Counted from the stretch's first letter, positions 39,330-49,698 are shown. The stretch is 53,737 nucleotides of DNA from Anaerolineales bacterium (GCA_021108255.1 JAIORG010000230.1:1-53737); one strand, 5' to 3'. The notes: generated by a model from the letters alone, not told the origin. Program-made: numbers and translations.

Positions 39330-41585
39330 TTATCCTGGACCTGAAGAAGATGGATCTGGTTTATTTTTGAGATAGTCAGATAAAGCTTGAAAAGGCACAG
39401 AGGGAGTAGTTTTTCCCGATCGCCCATTATTCCAGGTAATAACCAACTCCTCTCTTGCTCTAGTAATCGATACGTAAAACAATCTTAAGCGTTCTCGAGC
39501 ATAATCCAATCTTGATTGTTTCGTCCCTTCGCTTTCAATATATTTAGCAGAAGATTCGTCTACTAAAGAAGTTAGTTGTGCCAACGCTTCGGCTGGCAAA
39601 TTCAAATGATCGCGGATAAACCAACGTTCAGATATAAAAATATCATCAGGGAGATTTGAAGGAAAATTGTAATTATTTGCTGATATTAAATAAACCCTGT
39701 CCCATTCAAGCCCCTTGGATTTATGAGCTGTAGTTATGACTACTTTTCCTTTATGATCATCGGGATTAAATTGGTTCTCCTCGCTGATCGAGAAGAAGCG
39801 TCTTTCATTTCTGGCCAAAGACTTGAGTTCATCCAGTAACGCTGGTAATTCCCAGTCGGGATGTTGAGTGGCAAGCTGTTTTTGAAAAGCAGCTATTTTA
39901 TGAGAAATAGAAAGCTCTTCTGAAGTATGAAAAAGGTCTCCTGAAAGGGTAAGGATAAGCTGATCAATGGGAAGAAGAGCTGCCTTGTGCCATTTGATAA
40001 TGATATCCTTGAAATCAAATAGGGTTGAAAGCAAATCAGGATCTCCGGAATCTAATGTAGCCATCCAATCCTCAGAGGGACTTGGAGAAAGGAAAAGCTC
40101 AGGTTTTTGTATTGTATTTAATAATTCTGAAACAGATTCAACCTTGGACCAAGCATCCGAATTAGATTGCAAGTCCCTTTTCCAAACCCGATAAACAGCA
40201 GATAACTTCTTGGAAGAACTTGGATCAATCAAATAGGACAGGATAATTACCAGGGATCCGGTAGTTTTTCTGGTAGAGAGGGTAGTATTTAAATACTCAA
40301 CGGGCTCAATTTTATGTTTATTCCTCAAATATGAAGCAATTTTTTTACCCCTATCATTCCGGGGAGAAAGAACTGCGACTGTCTGCTGGGGATGATTTTT
40401 CAACCAGGAGGAAACGGAATCTGCAATTACCTGGATTTCTTTTTCGGGTGTAAGCTCCTTATCAAAGAAGTGAATCTGACCTGACTGATACTTGGGATTT
40501 GGCTGCAGGTCATCAGGTGGCGTTGGAACAATTTTGTTAGGATAAAGAGCATCGCAGATCAGAGATTGGGGGTGATATTTGTTTGTCCAATCAACGAGGT
40601 AGTTTGCAAGGTCAATGATTGCTTCAGTACTTCGACCTGAATTGGGGAGAACGTGATTCTGGTCAGAAATCTCAATAAATTTCAGAAGCAATTTTGGATC
40701 TGCGGTTGTGAAAGATTCATAGATAGCCTGATTCGGATCACCAACCCGGACCCAATTTTGAGAATCTTTGGGGCCGGCAAGCAAAGATAATATTCTTTGC
40801 TGCATTAAGCTGCTGTCTTGGGCTTCGTCCTCAAGGATAAACGGCCAATTCGACTGGAGACGATTAAGCAGCGACAAATCTAATTTCAGAATATTATAAG
40901 CATGATTAATGAGATCGTCAAAATCAACAGCACCTCTGTATTCGAGATTTCGCTGGTAAACTTTGTAAATTTCTAAACCCATTTCAGCTAAATGCAAATT
41001 ATTTTTTGTGGATTTAATTTGGAGAAGTAAAGAATCGGGCGACAGTTGATGATTCTTGGCTGTGCGAATAAATTGATTTGCTATTTGCAATAATAAATCA
41101 GGGATTTGTTTTTTATATAATGACGTTTTTTTCTTTTCGTTGAGGTCGGGAATCAGATACGGATCTATTCCACCGGGATATTTCCTCAACCAATCATAAA
41201 CCGCGTCAACTCTGATTCGATCCGCTTCCCTTTCGTCAATTATCTGAAATTTAGAATCAAGGCCAACAAGATCTGGTCGTTCTTTAACGATATCGTGGGC
41301 AAGTCCATGAAGGGTACGGACTCGATATCCCAGAGAAGGAAGGAGACCCATGTCCTGCAAAAATGAACTAATTCTAAGAGAAAAATTGTCAACAGCTGAG
41401 TTGACCAGAGTAACAATAAGGACTTCCTGGTCGGCGGACAATAAACCACTATTGATTAATTCAGCCGCGAGTAAGGACAATGTCCAGGTTTTACCACTGC
41501 CGGGTACAGCTGAGACACCCATAGTCCCACCGCGATAAGCGAGAATTTTCTTTTGAGCAGGGCGAGGAGAATAGTAATTAGTCAT
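39330..41585 (-). CDS. UvrD/PcrA-like SF1 helicase with intact motifs
   Basis: AVPGSGKT, TLHGLA, DFDDL, DEAQD, VGDPNQAIY, SGRS, TAHKSKGLEWD, LFYVSITRA. Confidence 0.92.
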   Translation of the reverse strand: MTNYYSPRPAQKKILAYRGGTMGVSAVPGSGKTWTLSLLAAELINSGLLSADQEVLIVTLVNSAVDNFSLRISSFLQDMGLLPSLGYRVRTLHGLAHDIVKERPDLVGLDSKFQIIDEREADRIRVDAVYDWLRKYPGGIDPYLIPDLNEKKKTSLYKKQIPDLLLQIANQFIRTAKNHQLSPDSLLLQIKSTKNNLHLAEMGLEIYKVYQRNLEYRGAVDFDDLINHAYNILKLDLSLLNRLQSNWPFILEDEAQDSSLMQQRILSLLAGPKDSQNWVRVGDPNQAIYESFTTADPKLLLKFIEISDQNHVLPNSGRSTEAIIDLANYLVDWTNKYHPQSLICDALYPNKIVPTPPDDLQPNPKYQSGQIHFFDKELTPEKEIQVIADSVSSWLKNHPQQTVAVLSPRNDRGKKIASYLRNKHKIEPVEYLNTTLSTRKTTGSLVIILSYLIDPSSSKKLSAVYRVWKRDLQSNSDAWSKVESVSELLNTIQKPELFLSPSPSEDWMATLDSGDPDLLSTLFDFKDIIIKWHKAALLPIDQLILTLSGDLFHTSEELSISHKIAAFQKQLATQHPDWELPALLDELKSLARNERRFFSISEENQFNPDDHKGKVVITTAHKSKGLEWDRVYLISANNYNFPSNLPDDIFISERWFIRDHLNLPAEALAQLTSLVDESSAKYIESEGTKQSRLDYARERLRLFYVSITRAREELVITWNNGRSGKTTPSVPFQALSDYLKNKPDPSSSGPG

Positions 41586-41588
41586 CTG

Positions 41589-43703
41589 TCATGCCTGATC
41601 TTGCTCAGACGAGCGAATTAAAATTTGGATCTTGTTGAGGGATTTAATCAACAATCCTTTTTGTTCAAACCCGCGTTCATCTGTATTAGTCAAACAAAAA
41701 AATATGCCTTTTCTGCAGCGGCGGATAAGGCCAGATGATAATCGATTTAGGCTTTCATGATTAAGGGCAAATTCTTCAGTATCTCTCCAGGGCAGTCCGA
41801 TTTCCCAATCTCTGTTGAGGACATGAGGGTTGGTAAGGGGCTGAAAAATTCTTTCGTACCATCCGCGGGATCCGACGTCTAGCCAAAATTGGTAATCAGC
41901 GGGTGTGTTGCTGAGCAAAAAAGTATACGCGGGAGTTAGATACACTGATTTTTTAGGTCTATGAGACCAGGATCTGGGGTGCTGGTTTGCAAGTACGCCG
42001 GCTTTAACCATGCGGTAATATTCAGATCCAAGTTGAAGGTTGGAAAAGCCAAGGACTTCTCCTGCTGAAAGACGGAATTTACGGATTGAATCAATAGTTT
42101 GTTCAGAAATTTGACCCTTATCAAAATCATTATGAAATCCATATCCAGGTTGAGATAAAAGCTCACCAAATATTCTGATCTGAAAGTGATCTAGAGGTTG
42201 AGGAGGTTGGTTACTGTAATCACGCAGCCAGTTTACAAGAGATTGGTAGCGGTTGCCGGCAGAAAAGGTGATGCGCTCCTGAAGCCCAGAGGGAAAATTT
42301 TCAAAATCAGCTAAACGGCCTTCTTTGCTGAATGTTTGAAAGCAATGTTTTGCTAATAAGTAAGATCTCGTAAGATCAAAGTTTTCCATAAATTGCATAA
42401 AAGCAAAGGCAAGTTCATGTATTGTGGGTTGAATTTCCCAATCGGGATGCGCCAATGCAGAGAGAGTAAGCAAGCAGTGCGCAACTGGTTCATCACGCAG
42501 TGCGCGGGAAGGTCGATGAGAAGTTGATTCTATCTGTTGTTTAGCCAGTTCTGATGATAACAAAAATCTCAATGAATCGCTAAGGAAAGGAGCCAGAACA
42601 ACAATTTCATCCGGGGAAGTGCCGTCTTCTATGAGTTCCTTGATCTTGCTTGCAACCCAGGTGACCATCTGGGGATAGTAAGGATGGAAGTTTACTGAGA
42701 CCGCATCTGCGAGTTCCGGTTCCAAATTTTCAATTATAAGTGGTTTAGATTCCAGGGAGGAAGACAAGAAAGAGTTGAATTGAGATAGAGACGGAGACAT
42801 AGTATAAGATTGAGTCAATTCTATTTTGTTGGTGCAGAAATCTGCCAGTTTCATTCCTCCGGAAGGAGATGCTCCTAGAAAATTCCTGTAACCGGCAGAG
42901 AGGTCGTAGATTATCAAAGAAGAGTCAAGGGAGGGCAGCATATCCTTGATGAAATCGTGAGCAACAGGAACGTCTTCTTCTACATTGTCATAGATCAAGT
43001 GTTTGAACTGTTTTTTGAAATGCTCTTTTATCTTCTGGTGGGGGATAAGATAATTGACGTACAGTTCTATCTGTAAGGAATAATCCAATAAATTGTGTTG
43101 ATAGCAATACTCCCTGAAAAGCGCTGCAGCATTTTGTGCGTCTTGGAAAATGCCTAGCTGGGCCGGATCTCCAATCCATGATGATTGAAGACGTTCTGAG
43201 ATTTCAGTATGCGGAAATCCGTGAATAGCTGCTTTGTTGAGGTTATCTAAAATTTGACTAAAAAGACGGTTTCGCTGGATGGTAACGGATGAAAAATAGC
43301 CCCCATCAACAACCAGCGGAGTGATTAATTGGGACATGAAGTACAAGGTAGATTCGAGGGTGAGGAAAGTTGGGAGCTTATCTGGATCAAATAGCCCTGT
43401 TTCGGATGATATCAGCGGCCAATAAAGTTCGATAGTCCTCCGTGCAAGCCCACCGAAAGTGGCTATAACAGGTAAACTGCCTCCTTGAAACGCGATAGAG
43501 TTGATGGAGTCCTGGTATAGCGAAGAAAGAGTTCTTTGCGGAAAAAGTAGCAATATCTTGTTCCCCGGAATACCGTTTTCAACCAGGAAGTTCAAACGCG
43601 CTACTCCCGCGGTGGATTTTCCTGTACCGGCAGGACCGGAGAGAAATAATGAACTACCAGGGTCTGATTCAATTATCTTGATTTGATTTCTAGATAAATT
43701 CAT
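41589..43703 (-). CDS. Degenerate UvrD-like (SF1) helicase-fold protein
   Basis: GPAGTGKST and ATFGGLA are present, but motif II is YDNVEED, motif III is YDLSAGYRNFLGA, motif IV lacks Arg and motif VI is LIRRCR. Confidence 0.78.
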   Translation of the reverse strand: MNLSRNQIKIIESDPGSSLFLSGPAGTGKSTAGVARLNFLVENGIPGNKILLLFPQRTLSSLYQDSINSIAFQGGSLPVIATFGGLARRTIELYWPLISSETGLFDPDKLPTFLTLESTLYFMSQLITPLVVDGGYFSSVTIQRNRLFSQILDNLNKAAIHGFPHTEISERLQSSWIGDPAQLGIFQDAQNAAALFREYCYQHNLLDYSLQIELYVNYLIPHQKIKEHFKKQFKHLIYDNVEEDVPVAHDFIKDMLPSLDSSLIIYDLSAGYRNFLGASPSGGMKLADFCTNKIELTQSYTMSPSLSQFNSFLSSSLESKPLIIENLEPELADAVSVNFHPYYPQMVTWVASKIKELIEDGTSPDEIVVLAPFLSDSLRFLLSSELAKQQIESTSHRPSRALRDEPVAHCLLTLSALAHPDWEIQPTIHELAFAFMQFMENFDLTRSYLLAKHCFQTFSKEGRLADFENFPSGLQERITFSAGNRYQSLVNWLRDYSNQPPQPLDHFQIRIFGELLSQPGYGFHNDFDKGQISEQTIDSIRKFRLSAGEVLGFSNLQLGSEYYRMVKAGVLANQHPRSWSHRPKKSVYLTPAYTFLLSNTPADYQFWLDVGSRGWYERIFQPLTNPHVLNRDWEIGLPWRDTEEFALNHESLNRLSSGLIRRCRKGIFFCLTNTDERGFEQKGLLIKSLNKIQILIRSSEQDQA

Positions 43704-43706
43704 AAT

Positions 43707-46700
43707 CTATTCTAAAGCAGAACCTGGGTATTTGGAGATCTCAGTATTGAACAAGTCCAGATTGCAGGCAGACAATTTTAATGAAAGAACCATAAAATTC
43801 TTCAGTTCACGAATTTCCAAAGCGAGACCCTGTTTGCCGTGTGTTGATGGATCGCTGTTTGCTTGGCTATTGATATAAAGAATTCCAAGAGTTAAATCAA
43901 GTAGAAACTCAAAGGACTCTTGATTGAACCACGTAATTCCTTCGTGGTCATGAATTTCTAAAAAAGCTAGGATATCCTGGTTAGAAAACCAGATTGATGT
44001 TATATCGCTGGGAGATAAGGCAATATTAGTTAAACGGGATGAGAGAGAAGTAATTATTTTTGAGTTTGATATAAATGAAGTATGCTCTGAAGGCGCAAAT
44101 ACGAAATTTGTATAAGGTTGAGTTGAAGAGAGACGAAAAATGTCCAGGAGCAATGATCGGGGAATAAGTTCAATAAGTTCAGAAAAGATTACCCAGAACA
44201 GGAGAGTATACAGGACATGGTTGCCCTCATTATTCTTAATGACTTTGTATTCATAACAATTGTTAAGCGACGTTAGTTTTGAAGAAATCAGTTCTTGATA
44301 ATCTGTTGGGAAGTCACTTGCTTCTGGGTGAAGCCGGGCGAGAATAGAAGCGAAAGAGGACAGGCTTTGCGAAAAACGATCTTCTAAATCAAGCGGATCT
44401 TCGCCACTCCGTTCATTGTTTTGAGCGACAGAAGACGAAATGGTTGGTAAATACCCTGATATACAAATTGAAACCAGTTCGTCCAGTGCCTTTAGAAGAG
44501 GCGAAAGTCTGGTTTCAAGAAGCTTTTCCTGGAGATCAGGGGAACCATTACCTTGAAGAGATGAGTTAAGGAGAGAGAAATCGCCACTCGGGTCAGCAAC
44601 TTCCTTAAAATCAATGAAAACTTGATATTGATATGCGCCTAAATCAATCCTTAACCCATTTTTGCGGAAGTCAGCAGATGAGCGGATATACTCCAAGCCA
44701 GAGATGTGCTCACGAAACAAAATAAAGCTGGCATCTGAATTTAGTAATCCTAAGTTTTCCGACAACGATCTGGATTCGCCATTAATTTCCGTTGAGCGGG
44801 AAATAACTCCGTGAGTTGAGGACCACTTATTGTGATAGAGAATTAATGCCGATTCTCCACGTGCTTGGTTGGAGTGAGCAAAAACATCCTGATTTACTGT
44901 GCCGTTATCTAATACGAAATCGTACAAAACAAAATTTTCCGCTTCTGCAAACAAGTACCTTTTGTGGAGTAGAGGAAAAACTTCATGGCGGTGGCGGTCA
45001 ATAAGGTTTTGATTGGGCTGCTCGTTGTAATACGCTCGTTGGTACTCCATGCCATATTTTTCTGAATAGCCTTCAATTTGACCGTGGCCAAACATAGGCA
45101 AGCCGGGGAGAGTAGCCATCATAATGCATACACCAAAATATTTCCCATCTGATCCAAATTGTGAAATAGCGGTATCTTCATCCGGATTGCTCATGAAATT
45201 TACATAACGCTTTAGAATTTCAGGATCAAATTCTAAAGTCTTTTTGATGAGATTTCTATAATCAGCATTGTCTTCGTTGCGGAACATATGCATAAATGCG
45301 CTGTTGTATACCCTGTGCATGCCCAGCGTCCTGACAAAATATCCCTCCATCATCCAGAAAGCTTCGGCTAGCAAAAGAGTACCAGGTGCTTCGGACGCAA
45401 CCCGATCTACCACTTCACGCCAGAATTCATCAGTCATGATTTGATCAAATTGAGATTTAGTCAATCCGAAGTCTGTTCTTGTAGGGATGGCGCCGCCTGT
45501 TCCAGGTTCAGGAAACCATAACCTTTGGAAATGTTTTTTTGCAAGGGTCATCGCAGCGTCAAAACGAATAATTGGAAAATTGCGAGCTACATGCAGGACG
45601 GTCTGAATAACAGCTTCACGCACTTCCTGCTGAAGGAAATCCAGTTGAGCTGTGTCGTTCCAGGGAAGAGAAGTCCCGTCATTGCCGTGGTAAATATACA
45701 TTGAACTACCATCGAGGTTATCGACTCTTTTGAAAACAATGGAAGCGTCGCTCTTATCAAAATAATGATCTTCAAGGAAAATACCTACTTGAGCATCGTC
45801 GGATAAGTCGGGACCATTAAAGGAATAAGAAGGAAAAGGAGGCTGATCCAGACCTAAAAAACGCTCAGGATGCTCTATTACCCATTTTGACGAGATACCC
45901 ATATGGTTTGGAACCATATCAGCTGCGAGGCGAATATTGAAAGATTGAGCGCGGGAGGATAAATTATTAAAAGCGGATTCACCTCCAAGAGTATCAGCAA
46001 TCGCGTAATCGAAAATAGAGTACGCCGAAGGAACAGCGTCAGGGTTGCCGCACATCTGCTTGATTTTTTGAGAGGCAGGGCTTCGTTGCCAAATACCAAT
46101 TAACCACAACCCCGTGATTCCCCATTGGGATAAAGTTTCCAGTTCCTGATCTGGAATTTGGTCAAGACGGTGAATTTCACTGTGGTACTTTTTAGAGAGC
46201 TGGTCCATCCAGACAAAAGTGTTTTTTGCTAGAAGGATCACATTTGGCATCCAGTCAAGATCTTTGCTGAAGTGGACTGTGTCTGAATCAGTAATATAGG
46301 AAGCAAGCGTAAAATTAAACTGGCTTCCGGTTTTATCAGGTCCAATCCAGGAAGGTTTATGTTCTTCATTAATTCGATCAAGGGCACGGAGGAGATCGTT
46401 TAATATATCCTCTCCAAGAAGCGTGCTCCAATTCTGGCGTATATAGTCAAGTTGATCATGAATGGAATTGGGGTGCGCAGTAGAGGGGGCTCTGAGTAAA
46501 TCTAAAAGGGATGCGTCGCCAATGGTATGTCCTGATTGACTAGAGAAAGAGTCTTCGATAACAGACAAGAAAGGCATGTAAAGTGGAGCTGTTCGAAATT
46601 CAGGAGAGGTAAAAACACCATCGTTTTCCCTGATCGCAGGGTTAGCATCAGCCAGGAAGGTCAATAATATTGATTTATACAAGGAATGACGCTTAGAAGC

Positions 46701-47093
46701 GTTCTTTGAAGGTGCTAGTAAGTAATCAGAAGCAGCAGATTGGTCCAGATATACACTGGAAGTGGGAAAAGAATCCAAAAAGGAAGTGACAATTTCGTCA
46801 CAACCGGTGGAACTTAGACGAGACACAAGTATCTTGTCTAAGTCGGAAAGAGAGGAGGGAGAATAATCTTGCAGATAGGACTCGATTATTTTGAGGAAAA
46901 CTTTTCCGATCAGGCCAACGGCGGAAACCTCACTTGCAGAAAAAGGGGAAGGCGAATCCTGGAATTTAGAAACAAAAATCCTGGAATTAATAATCGAGGG
47001 ATAATTAAAACCAGGAGATAAATTTAGCCGAGAGAGAACATGCGAGGTTAGGGGATGAGATATGTGTTCCCGTGCGGGCAATTGAATAGGCAT
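43707..47093 (-). CDS. Large GH13 alpha-amylase-family glycoside hydrolase
   Basis: DMVPNH, WNDTAQLD, IRFDAAM (nucleophile), LAEAFW (acid/base), NPDED, LPGLPM; long N- and C-terminal extensions. Confidence 0.88.
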   Translation of the reverse strand: MPIQLPAREHISHPLTSHVLSRLNLSPGFNYPSIINSRIFVSKFQDSPSPFSASEVSAVGLIGKVFLKIIESYLQDYSPSSLSDLDKILVSRLSSTGCDEIVTSFLDSFPTSSVYLDQSAASDYLLAPSKNASKRHSLYKSILLTFLADANPAIRENDGVFTSPEFRTAPLYMPFLSVIEDSFSSQSGHTIGDASLLDLLRAPSTAHPNSIHDQLDYIRQNWSTLLGEDILNDLLRALDRINEEHKPSWIGPDKTGSQFNFTLASYITDSDTVHFSKDLDWMPNVILLAKNTFVWMDQLSKKYHSEIHRLDQIPDQELETLSQWGITGLWLIGIWQRSPASQKIKQMCGNPDAVPSAYSIFDYAIADTLGGESAFNNLSSRAQSFNIRLAADMVPNHMGISSKWVIEHPERFLGLDQPPFPSYSFNGPDLSDDAQVGIFLEDHYFDKSDASIVFKRVDNLDGSSMYIYHGNDGTSLPWNDTAQLDFLQQEVREAVIQTVLHVARNFPIIRFDAAMTLAKKHFQRLWFPEPGTGGAIPTRTDFGLTKSQFDQIMTDEFWREVVDRVASEAPGTLLLAEAFWMMEGYFVRTLGMHRVYNSAFMHMFRNEDNADYRNLIKKTLEFDPEILKRYVNFMSNPDEDTAISQFGSDGKYFGVCIMMATLPGLPMFGHGQIEGYSEKYGMEYQRAYYNEQPNQNLIDRHRHEVFPLLHKRYLFAEAENFVLYDFVLDNGTVNQDVFAHSNQARGESALILYHNKWSSTHGVISRSTEINGESRSLSENLGLLNSDASFILFREHISGLEYIRSSADFRKNGLRIDLGAYQYQVFIDFKEVADPSGDFSLLNSSLQGNGSPDLQEKLLETRLSPLLKALDELVSICISGYLPTISSSVAQNNERSGEDPLDLEDRFSQSLSSFASILARLHPEASDFPTDYQELISSKLTSLNNCYEYKVIKNNEGNHVLYTLLFWVIFSELIELIPRSLLLDIFRLSSTQPYTNFVFAPSEHTSFISNSKIITSLSSRLTNIALSPSDITSIWFSNQDILAFLEIHDHEGITWFNQESFEFLLDLTLGILYINSQANSDPSTHGKQGLALEIRELKNFMVLSLKLSACNLDLFNTEISKYPGSALE

Positions 47094-47190
47094 GAGTTAG
47101 TTACTATGAATTTTTAATCGTTTGCAGGCCAATTTGATAAACAATAGATAATAAATATTAAATTGCGTGTAGGCAATAACCCTCTTTTAC

Positions 47191-47957
47191 TTATAACTCC
47201 AAGTTCCTTAATGCAAATTCCTTCATTTCCGAAACCTCTTTTAGCTTTTTCATCGTTATATCTTCAAATATATTAGATTGAACAACCTTTATAAAATTTC
47301 CCTTTATCAATTCTAGCAGGGCAAGAAATGAAATCACTACATCCAGGCGAGTAAAGTCATTACCCAACAAATCACGGAAGGTCAATTCTTCAGTATCCTT
47401 AAATCGTTCAGAAATTTGAGTAATTTTATCTTTTATTGTGATTTTCGGTCTTTCTACTATGACACTTATAGATTTCTTGTCAATTTCTTTCTGGAATATA
47501 TTGGTTGCCAGCTCAAAAAGATCGCTAATGCCAAAGCCATCAAGATCCAGTTGATCTTTAACTTCCAATTGGGGGGAGGAGAGACGAATAAAGGTCTGAT
47601 AGCCAGCAGATCAGCTATTTCCTTATATCGTTTATAAGCAATTAACTGGCGTGCTAATTCATTCCCGATATCAATTTCTTCTTCTCTGCCTGAAGTCTGG
47701 GTAGGAAGCAGCGCTTCAGATTTAATTTGAATAAGTTTTGCTGCAATAACTAAAAACGCTGAGATTTCATCTGGGGGCATATCCTGCAATTTCTCTAAAT
47801 GTTTCAGGTACTGATCTGTCACTTGAGCAAGAGAAAGTGTAGTGATATCTAACTCTGCGCCTTCAATTAATTGAAGCAATAAATCAAGAGGTCCTTGATA
47901 AACGGGTGTGTTAATCTTGTAGGTATTTACCTGATCGGTAGAGAATTTCAAGTCCAT
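47191..47957 (-). pseudogene. scpA: Segregation/condensation protein A split by a frameshift (true lesion or assembly error)
   Basis: The N-terminal part has YQGPLDLLLQLI, FLVIAAKLIQIKS and LIAYKRYKE. The C-terminal part is in another frame and has SFLALLELIK..VVQ..IFEDI. The frames switch near nt 47595. Confidence 0.8.
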
Positions 47958-48156
47958 AACAACCATTATACTCGACATCCTCAAATGAAGGTTTGTTTAC
48001 GGGACAATAGTCAATCCGTGACAACCCGTTGATTAGAAAATTGTTAATTATGCGGATAAACTATGACATAATGGGTTCTATGTGATAAAAATAGGTAAAG
48101 TTTAAAAATATCAATCTCAGTTATTTTTCTGATAGCTGGGAATTACAGGAGTGAAT

Positions 48157-48504
48157 ATGTTTGACGAACCGATAAATGTAACTGATGAAGCTTTTGAGAA
48201 AACTATTGTAGAATCAGACCTGCCAGTTATAGTCGATTTTTGGGCTCCCTGGTGCGGTCCCTGTAAAATGGTTGCACCAACTCTGGAAAAGATAGCTAAA
48301 GAATATACAGGAAAGGTAATCGTTGCCAAAGTTAACACCGACGATCATTCAGAATGGGCAAACAAATTTGGTGTTCAGGGGATTCCCACCATGCTATTTA
48401 TGTCTGAGGGAAAAGTCGTTCATCAACAGGTAGGTGCCTTACCCGAACCCATGCTGCGAACAATTTTAGATCAATTTTTAGAAGTAATTAATGAAGCGGA
48501 ATAG
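48157..48504 (+). CDS. trxA: Thioredoxin
   Basis: DFWAPWCGPCK, GIPT. The AGGAG RBS favours the ATG at 48157. Confidence 0.96.
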   Translation: MFDEPINVTDEAFEKTIVESDLPVIVDFWAPWCGPCKMVAPTLEKIAKEYTGKVIVAKVNTDDHSEWANKFGVQGIPTMLFMSEGKVVHQQVGALPEPMLRTILDQFLEVINEAE

Positions 48505-48519
48505 TTAGGATAACTCTTC

Positions 48520-48553
48520 AAAATAAAAACTCCCTTTCGGGAGTTTTTATTTT
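48520..48553. terminator. Bidirectional intrinsic terminator between convergent trxA and histidine kinase genes
   Basis: Perfect 15-bp inverted repeat AAAATAAAAACTCCC-TTTC-GGGAGTTTTTATTTT. Confidence 0.85.
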
Positions 48554-48566
48554 AAGTTGGGTTTTC

Positions 48567-49328
48567 TCATCCATCAATTGGTAAAACTATCTCAAAAGTA
48601 TTGCCATCATCCCTGACACTCAGTTTGATATTTCCCCCTAAAAATTGAGCCGTCCGTCTGGCTACCGCTAAACCCAGCCCCATACCCTCGTAACGCCGGG
48701 TTAAATAATTCTCCAATTGTCTAAAATCCTCAAAAATAACTTCTCTTTTAGTTTCCGGAATAGGTATTGTCCAATCATGGACGGTAATTGACAAGTGATC
48801 ATCCTGGATTTTTCCCACTACAACCACCTTACCATCATCCATCGAGAATTTTGCGGCATTAGATAGCAAATTCCTGAATAAAATGATCAAGCTTTCCCCA
48901 TCATACTGCAGCTCCCTCACATCATCCGGAAAATCCACAACGAGATTAATATTTTTCTTTTGAAGATTAGGCTTTAACAAATCATAAGTCTGCAAAAAGG
49001 CATCCCCAACAGGGATTGGATCTAAAAACGTAATCTCTTTCCCCAACTGAAGCCGCGTAAAATCAGTTAACTCTTGAACAATCCGCATTAAGTTACTTGT
49101 GTTTTCTTCTACAAGTGCAAAATATTCTTTTGCTTTAATTGGGTTTTCTTCCAACTCTTCCATCCCCAGGGCCAGATAACCGGCCAACAAATTCATAGGA
49201 GTTCTGAGTTCATGGCTCACGAGTGCGATAAATGTGTTTTTTAATTCATCCAGTTCCCTGATCTTGTCGGATACTTCCTGGATTTCAGAGTCAACTGTTG
49301 AGTTAATTTCTTTTTCTTTGTTTTCCAT
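48567..49328 (-). CDS. Sensor-less histidine kinase core (HisKA + HATPase)
   Basis: SHELRTP, NLLSNAAKF, IFEDF, GMGLGL. The G1 box reads VHDWTIPI. Confidence 0.85.
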   Translation of the reverse strand: MENKEKEINSTVDSEIQEVSDKIRELDELKNTFIALVSHELRTPMNLLAGYLALGMEELEENPIKAKEYFALVEENTSNLMRIVQELTDFTRLQLGKEITFLDPIPVGDAFLQTYDLLKPNLQKKNINLVVDFPDDVRELQYDGESLIILFRNLLSNAAKFSMDDGKVVVVGKIQDDHLSITVHDWTIPIPETKREVIFEDFRQLENYLTRRYEGMGLGLAVARRTAQFLGGNIKLSVRDDGNTFEIVLPIDG

Positions 49329-49350
49329 ACTCTTTTGTGGTTTTACTGCT

Positions 49351-49698
49351 TTACTGTAAGGAATCCAACACTATATTTAAGACTTGCTGCGGGTTTAATT
49401 CATCAGTCTGGATAAATAAATCAGCATGGTTCCGGGCATGTTCCAATCGAGCCACTTGCTTTTCAAAAATTTCCCTTTTCCAGGAAGTTCCTGTCCGCCT
49501 TATAGAGATTTCAAATGAAACATCAAGATAAATCAGGAAATCCGGATTGCTCAATTGCTTCCACATGTCGCTCACATAAGAATGCTCTTGAGCTATATGC
49601 CGGACATGATAGTTCTTCGACCTTAGAGCATCCACCAGAGTGGATTTGCCCGATGCACAAGGACCTACAACGCCAATAATTGATTTGTCAGGGGTCAT
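49351..49698 (-). CDS. Small P-loop NTPase (nucleotide-kinase-like fold), function unknown
   Basis: VVGPCASGKST, PDFLIYLDVS, HADLFIQTD. Confidence 0.75.
   Translation of the reverse strand: MTPDKSIIGVVGPCASGKSTLVDALRSKNYHVRHIAQEHSYVSDMWKQLSNPDFLIYLDVSFEISIRRTGTSWKREIFEKQVARLEHARNHADLFIQTDELNPQQVLNIVLDSLQ

Noticed and set aside
48116-48140. Hairpin in the trxA 5' region as an RNA thermometer
   Set aside because: The stem is weak and GU-rich and does not sequester the AGGAG SD.
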